NCBI GenBank assembly: GCA_963825865.1
Contig: CAWGVG010000042.1
Location: forward strand, 1-52,773
Source: an uncultured Nitrososphaeraceae archaeon
Lineage (GTDB): Archaea; Thermoproteota; Nitrososphaeria; Nitrososphaerales; Nitrososphaeraceae
Length of the DNA stretch: 52,773 bases
Reading direction: 5' to 3'
Positions within the stretch are counted from its first letter, which is position 1. Every line of letters starts with the position of its first letter. Below the pieces are notes generated by a model. The model was not told the DNA's origin. It saw nothing but the letters and a program-made list of their open reading frames with translations, and did not search any database. Position numbers and translations under genes: made by a program. This document shows, in pieces, positions 45,985 to 52,773 of this stretch.

Positions 45985-46817
45985 ATGATGAAACGCAACA
46001 ATAATGATCCATTAATTAGAACCTTTATTGACAACTATAACCTTCATTTATTGTCGGTACCTAGAGCTAACGCATCGATTGGTGATCTTTACAGGTATGA
46101 CGGTAGGCAGGTATCTTCTCCTGGAAAAATTAGTTATTTCCTTGAACCTCCTTTGAGATTTCTCATATATTTACTGGAGAAAGAATGGCAGATATATCGG
46201 GAACTATATCTAATAGGGTAGAGACAAATTTTGGACTAGAATTTCTTGAAGGTTTCCTGATGGCCATAGGAGTTGAAGGCATTATTAATAAGGTTCGCAA
46301 TAGTTTTGCGTCAAAAAATACACATAGCTTGAAATTTCGTTTTGCAGATATTACACGCGATTATACAGATCTATACTGGCTCAGCGAGGAGATCTCGGCA
46401 TCCCGATTTAAGAAAGATAGTGCTATGTATGGTGAAGATTACCGTTATTTCCTTGTAGCTAAGATGGTACGAAGTCCATCAATAAACATCATTGCAGAGG
46501 ATGAACAGATGAGAGGAGTTGACGTTGATGTAAAAGCTATACAACTAGCAGGCGTATCAACAGGTGTTTCAGTAGAAAAAGCAGGAAAAGGAGAAGTTAC
46601 CTTTAAAGGAAAACAAAGTCTAGCATTTGGGGTCGAGTTGTATGATCTCTTATACGATATTCAAGAAAATGGTTTTAGGTTCAATACCATTACAGACCCA
46701 GTTAAACTAAGAGATAAAGGTACAGAAATTTTCACACGTACGAATATTAAACCTGCATTTATTGGAAATGCACGGGAAAAATGTAATGCATTCCTTTCAC
46801 TTGTTGAAAATCAATAA
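45985..46817 (+). CDS. Bacterial-type gasdermin (bGSDM), about 277 aa, one frameshift near 46152
   Basis: Colinear bGSDM motifs: DP......YNL.....PR, ADISG.......FGLEFLEGFL..IG, KFRFADI..D, YFLV....RS, VTFKGKQSLAFG. Adding one T to cctttgag joins the two ORFs (LEPP-FEISHIFTGERMAD). Confidence 0.85.
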
Positions 46818-47253
46818 CTATCATGTTCGCTGAGAGGTCTTTTGACAAAGAAATGAACACACTATTCTGATGATGAGGATGGTGACCTAGAATAGACTCA
46901 AATATCGAGGTCATTGAAGCCAGATAGCAGTTTTTAGTAGAAAAAAGGAGAATATGTAGCAATTGCCGCAGACGAGAACGAAACTAGCAAATGTTAAAAC
47001 TTTGACTCACAAAGTATTACCTCAGCGTAGATATGCAACATCATAAAAATCTGAGCATCAAGGAGTGCAACAAATGTACTGAACCTGAGTAGATGAACCC
47101 CTTAACTACAAGGAATTAAATCCCACCCAGTCCACTGAATCCTCAGTTCAAATCCCTACACTGAAAACAAGAATAGGACATTTTAACAATAAAACAGCTG
47201 ACAACCAAATCTTTAAACCACAGTCGTGTCTTCCTTCCACTATAAACTATGGA

Positions 47254-47500
47254 ATGAGACTTATATCATAGAAAAGAGAGGCTTGCTTATTGGATTAACA
47301 GAATAGATACGGATCTTAATGAACCTGACAAAACTGATGTTTTAAAATTCATAAGGTACATGCAGGATAAAGAGAGTAGCATATTATGGATAATTAGATG
47401 CATAACTGCTCTTCTGTTGATGAGGAGACAGCTTGGAAAAAGCTTCAAAGATGCCAATAAAGAAAGAGCCATGCCAATATTTTTGGTTAAATCCACTGCC
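47254..47500 (+). pseudogene. Possible N-terminal fragment of an archaeal integrase
   Basis: LYHRKERL...DVLKFIRYMQ...S...IIRCI..L......LGKSFKDANKE resembles the SAM-like N-domain of XerA/SNJ2-type integrases; no catalytic domain. Confidence 0.4.
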
Positions 47501-47789
47501 GGCATAGAGCACTTTCTACATCTCATGCTACGATTGATCCAAATCTAACTGGCTTCGTGATTTTTTTATGATCAAATACATCTAAAATCCTTTTTTTATC
47601 TGTTGTTAAATTATGACTTTACTGTCCTTTTTTGTATTATAGATGTCCATCCATTTCTACCTATGCAATAATTTATGTACAGCATTCATATTTTGCTATC
47701 ATATTTCACCATTGGCTCTAGATTCATCGGCTGTTTTTATCTTTTATCATGTGACTACAATAGATATAAAAAAACAGCCAATTGGTTCT

Positions 47790-48861
47790 ATTATTTCTCT
47801 TGACTTATCTCCTTTGCAACAGCATCTATATTGTAATCAAGCATGTTTGGTAGCGTGGCTACAGGAATATAATCAGGATATAGGCTTTGCAATTCGCTTT
47901 TTATTTTTGTTTTACCTTCTTCAGTAATGTTTGCTGATCTCTCTGTCTCCTCCCTACTTTTGCTCTGCCGATTGCATTTGTTGTTCAACTAATGACCTGA
48001 ATGTATTGAGATAATTCAATTGTTCATCTAGTAAAGTCTTGGCTGATCCAGATTGACCATGTCCTGGAAACAGAATTTTTGCGTCTGAGTAATTCTGCCT
48101 TAAATATTCTATCTGTTTAATCCATTCTAAATATGTGACGGCTTTCTGGACTAAGCGCAAGGGATGCATATGATTATTGACCATGTCGCCGGTAAACATT
48201 ATCTTCTGCGATGGAAGATAAATTAGCATCATATCACCAGCTTCTCCTGTCCCAAAATCTTCAAAATGATAAGTTATTCCATCGATAGTGATATTTTCAC
48301 CCGACTTTACAATCTTATTAGGTAATACTAATTGATCAGAATACTCGTTACCGTGAAAGCTCTTTGATAAGGCTATGTATCCTCCAGTATCGTTTTTCAT
48401 AATATTAAATGCCGATTGGGTCGAGTATACTGGAACATTGATCGTTCCATTTAGCAAGACTTCTGTTCCATCCTATATGGTCTGGATGAGGATGTGTAAT
48501 AATAACACCTAAAATAGGCTTGTTTATTTTTTTGACCTCATCTAGAAGTTTTTTGGCTTCAGACAATTTGCGTTGCGTATCAACTACGACTACTCCATTT
48601 GTGCTTTCTATAATCCATGAGTTGACTGGAGCCAGCCCTGAAGAAGTAAAATTATGAATTTGAGGAAAAAAGTTGCATTGGTGCTTGTTTTGTCATATGC
48701 TGATGCATTAATTCTCTGTTGAGCAAATACATATTGTTGCGGGGATGTTTGACCTTTAAGATTAATCGTAGATCCTGCCAAGAACAGACTTGAGGCTGAA
48801 CTGATAGTACTAAGAGCATTCTAAGTTGACTTTTCTGAGAGTTTGGCTTTATCAGAGTCAT
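47790..48861 (-). CDS. Metallo-beta-lactamase fold hydrolase, frameshifted
   Basis: VNSWII...VVVDTQ, IITHPHPDH, MFTGDMV and FPGHG motifs. Confidence 0.85.
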
Positions 48862-49244
48862 AATAATTAATACATTTTATTATTATAAAAAGACGAAAGT
48901 AAGGCCATTTTATTATGATCTCTGGTATCTATGAGATGTCAAACCTATAATTGGATTGACCATAAAGACTATTTTTTCATCTGTCTCTTTACATCATAAA
49001 AATTTGTCCTAATTTCTGAGTCTGGTGGTCTTAACTTGTCCTTACGCTCCACAGCAATCAGGTGTATTTAATATCAAAGCCAGTACATGGAATAATACTT
49101 CTCAGATTATTATTTAGAAATAAAAGTTTAAGAATAAACAAAACTATGAGGTACCCAGACAGGAAATTATCTTTGTTTTATTATAGGCTAAATTAAAACA
49201 TTATGGTAAATTCTTTTATACAGATTCTCTAGAATAACCAATCA

Positions 49245-49905
49245 TTGCTAGCATCACAAGATAAATCTCCACTATGGCTCAGAGTTCTACAAGTTGTTTT
49301 GGGGGTAATTTCAATTGCGCTCTCAGTAGCCGTATTAGCATCTCCAGCATCTGCTATTGCGACAGTTATTGTATTGGTTTCAATAGTTCTCTTCATAGTT
49401 GGAATTGAAAGAATTGCAAGCGGAATATCCTCAGCATCCACTAAAATATCATCTAGCATTGTAAATATTGGACTAGGAGTACTAGTAATAATAATATCTT
49501 CTGTAGCTATGGCATATCCACTACACTCTGCAGCGTTTTTGATAATATTGGGAGCAATCGCTTTATTGTTTGGTGGTATTGCAAGGTTAATGCATGGGTT
49601 TGTAGATAGCAACAACGCAGGTTGGTCAAGAAGCCGCCCTTATTTTCGTGGGAATATTAAGCATTGTTATATCTCTCATAGTGTTAGCACATCCTGTTGG
49701 TATTGGCATTCCTCTTTTGGCCTTTATGATATCAATAGCTCTTATAATTAACGGAATAGAGATGATAGGCTTTGGGATAGTGGGCAGGCGAAGATTCAGT
49801 TCAAAAGCAACTGAAGAAAGCTGTTATAATAGTCTTGCAGGAGGACAATTAATACTAGAATTTCAAATAAGGCCACACAGATCCCAGGCACTGCAACTTT
49901 CTTGA
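49245..49905 (+). CDS. HdeD/DUF308-type membrane protein, frameshift near 49640
   Basis: Repeated LGVISIALS / GILSIVIS...G...I helical hairpins. Confidence 0.75.
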
Positions 49906-50194
49906 ATAAGTAGGGAGATGCGACTGTGCTGGGTGGATATTTCTCAAGACGTGGCTGGAACTCGTGGTTCTTAAATGCCCTCTTATACAGCTCAGTAGAC
50001 TCCCAAACCGCATAGTTGACTAACACAGAACTACCAGCAATTCCACGACGTAGTTAGGCTAGCTGACTAGATCATCAAACGATAAAGCTTGACTAATAGA
50101 GATATAACTGCGGTGATATTTCTATTATCTTTCTCATAGCACAACAATCAGCACAATCACAGGGTAAAGAACTAGGATAGAAGCATTTTCCGGG

Positions 50195-50665
50195 CTATTC
50201 CAAGTACTTTAAGATTAGATTTCCCGATATGGTTTTGTCAAAAAAGGGCGAATTGTTTTTCAAAACAAGATAGAAGTTCCCAGGATTATTAATATATTTT
50301 AGAATTTTTTGTGCTTGCAAATATTCGCCAGAAAACAAAGGTGAATTGCATTTACTAAAATCAATATTGCCTTTAGAATCAGGAGAAGGACATTTGTCTG
50401 CATCATATAATTTCACAGTCACAGTATTAAGTATGCTTCCAGATGTGCGAACATAGCCTTTCAAATATGAGTCTGTACTGTTCTGAGGAATACGGAAGTT
50501 TTTCCAATAAGTATGGCCACTACCTAGATGTATTGGTCCGGTAAATATTGTAATACTTTTATAGTTTTGTTTTTGTGTTTGTCCTTGAACATATGGAAAG
50601 AGAAAGTAAATAATGAGAAATGCTAATGTCGTCGTCAATATTGTATTCTTGTACATTCTTTGCAA
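50195..50665 (-). CDS. Secreted hypothetical protein
   Basis: N-terminal signal peptide and beta-rich body (GNFYLVLKNNS). Confidence 0.65.
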   Translation of the reverse strand: MQRMYKNTILTTTLAFLIIYFLFPYVQGQTQKQNYKSITIFTGPIHLGSGHTYWKNFRIPQNSTDSYLKGYVRTSGSILNTVTVKLYDADKCPSPDSKGNIDFSKCNSPLFSGEYLQAQKILKYINNPGNFYLVLKNNSPFFDKTISGNLILKYLE

Positions 50666-51235
50666 ACCCTAAGTTTTTACACTTCCTACGTTTATTTTGC
50701 GAAAATCCCAATCAATGAACTCACCAATGATGCTGCAACCAAAGATGATGCTCCAATAACTACAAATTTTAATGTATTATTCATAAACTACTACTGTGTG
50801 ATTACTATAGTACCATAAGAACATATGCTAAGCCATCATCCTTTTATTACCAGCTAGTAAATAATAGGATGGCTGAATAGTGAAATGACATTGGGAAGCT
50901 ATATTTAAAAAATGATAGGTGATTGGAGTTACTAACGTTGTCTGTACTACCAAATGTAATAACAAAAAATATGCGTTCGTGAGGACTGTCAACTTACTGT
51001 AATAGCAGGGCAGGTTTCTTATCTTATGTTGCAGAGACATATCTTAAGGCTATTGTCTAATGTAAAATAGCGTCTAACGGTCTGCAGGATTTGAGTTTTC
51101 CATTGACTGCAATACCCCCAAGGATTTCAGTCATATCTGCCATCAATTCTGTTCACAGTTGGAACTACATGTGGTTCTATTCTGCAATTTTCCACATTAG
51201 TGTGAATATGCACATATGCATTTTCGTATCTAGTA

Positions 51236-51972
51236 ATACAATGTATGTGTGTATTAAGGTCTGATGGTCTGCCCCTTTGGTTATTCAAATCACACCATAA
51301 AAAAATGAAGAAAGCCAAGGAATTTCTTCCTGACAAATGCACCATGTTACCGCAATAGCTAGCGATCCCCAAAAGAACATCGATTTTTATACTCAGATTT
51401 TTGGGTGCAACTTCAATCAACCTAACAAACCAGATAGCATGTTCTGAGCTAAATGTAGATTGCCACATGCTTCTTTTCAGAATTCCGCCAGAGGATCCTA
51501 CAGTTGATATTGCTGTTATTAAAGTTACGGATATAATTGAAAAGTATCATCCAAACTTGGAAAATGAGATGGGATTTTATGCTATAAGCGACAGTCTTTT
51601 ACTCGAAAATAATAGTCTTAGTGTTGAGGCTGGCGATGATGTATTAACTGTTGGATATCCGTTCGGATTCCATGATCAAGTGAACTTATCCCATTATTAA
51701 GGCAAGTTGTATAACTTGTAAGTGGGACTTAAATTTCAACGGTTATCATTGACAGAAAGCATCAGGATGGATCATCTGGGAGTCTGGTAATAACCAAACC
51801 TACTTACACTCAAGTAATCAAAGGAGAAATTAAACAATATTCAACCAAGCAATTCTCTTTCTTAGGCATTTATTCTGGTTGGCTTAGCACAAACAAATAG
51901 GTATTAGGACAGGCTATGTGTTCTATGGAAATCTTATTAAGGCTATCCTTGAAGAAAAAAAAGCCATATAAT
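51236..51972 (+). pseudogene. Trypsin-like serine peptidase remnant
   Basis: VDIAVIKV (Asp), GDDVLTVGYPFG and GSSGSLVI (Ser) at about 51770-51795; stops and frameshifts. Confidence 0.7.
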
Positions 51973-52178
51973 AAGGGATTTATATTTTTTCTACTAAAAT
52001 AAATAGCTTGATAATATTTTCCTCTATTTTACATGGCCATCACTTAAAGGATGAAAATGCATAAAACTAGCCTTCAATCATATTACTGTAACAGGATGCA
52101 AAAAATGGATGTCTTGGTATGTGTCCTCAGCCTGAAAGTTGAAAGGTATAAGAATTCACAGAGGCGAATATTGAAAGC

Positions 52179-52679
52179 TTGAGCACAAAACTTGAAAGGC
52201 AGATTCAATGGCGATGGAGCAAAGTAGCGGAACTTGACAGCCAAGGCCATAGTCAGCCAGAGATGGCATCTATATTGCAAGTAAGTATCGGTACAGTAAA
52301 TAGAGATTTATCTTACCTAAGGCAGCATGCAAAGGAAAATATCAGAAGATACATTGACGAAAAGTTGCCAGAAGAGTACGAGAAATGTCTTGTCGGGTTG
52401 ACTGCAATTCTAAGAGAAGCATGGAATACTTCGCAGCAGGCAGAAGATAGAAGGGAGAAGATACAGGCTTTATCGTTAGCCAAAGAGTGTTATTCGATGA
52501 AGCTGGACTTGCTTACTAATGCAACAGTAGTTGACGATGCCATCAGGTTTGTTGCATCTGAAAAGTCCAAAGAGAAAGAAGAAGAGCAAGTAAAGAGTTC
52601 GCCTTCTTCTTCTTCAGATAGCAGCGGCAATGAAGACAACAACAAAGTATCCTATTCGTTACAAGATAGTATTCTGTGA
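52179..52679 (+). CDS. HTH protein of a multi-copy thaumarchaeal family (possible terminase small subunit-like)
   Basis: GHSQPEMASILQVSIGTVNRDL helix-turn-helix followed by a helical region. Confidence 0.7.
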   Translation: MSTKLERQIQWRWSKVAELDSQGHSQPEMASILQVSIGTVNRDLSYLRQHAKENIRRYIDEKLPEEYEKCLVGLTAILREAWNTSQQAEDRREKIQALSLAKECYSMKLDLLTNATVVDDAIRFVASEKSKEKEEEQVKSSPSSSSDSSGNEDNNKVSYSLQDSIL

Positions 52680-52773
52680 AGATCCATTTGGTAATACCAT
52701 AGAGATATATAGCAATAGTTATGAGCAGACAATAACTTCTTTGGTATGAATAATTTTTGGTGTATAGTATAGG

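Noticed and set aside
47139-47160. GTTCAAATCC T-loop-like motif near an integrase-like fragment (possible tRNA/att remnant)
   Set aside because: Flanking bases do not form a T-stem; no cloverleaf or second copy.
49229-49615. 128-aa minus-strand ORF
   Set aside because: Antisense to the HdeD-like membrane gene.

Overview
AT-rich window from a soil ammonia-oxidising archaeon (Nitrososphaerales-like, inferred from the gene families present). It is an accessory, IS-riddled region with no rRNA or complete tRNA. Many genes are split by single-base homopolymer indels, which look at least partly like long-read consensus errors. The main discovery is a candidate archaeal inflammasome-like locus at 9.0-15.3 kb: a gasdermin-like gene, a CHAT caspase-like protease with an intact His/Cys dyad, a ~712-aa helical protein and a TPR-pYEATS protein. 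The last 111 aa of the protease and residues 9-119 of the helical protein are encoded by a perfect 332-bp inverted repeat. Inverting the DNA between the two copies would fuse those two genes in frame and make all four genes co-directional. A second, canonical bacterial-type gasdermin lies at 46.0-46.8 kb. Also present: an orphan two-repeat CRISPR mini-array plus a solo repeat, Schlafen/SIR2/Cap4-nuclease defence fragments, integrase, primase, LAGLIDADG, phage Dam and terminase-like remnants, iteron-like arrays, five IS elements (one nested, one intact with a target-site duplication), MITE-like elements and a small metabolic cluster (CBS, P-II, NnrD, ADP-forming acyl-CoA synthetase). All family calls come from motif recognition by eye, not from database searches.
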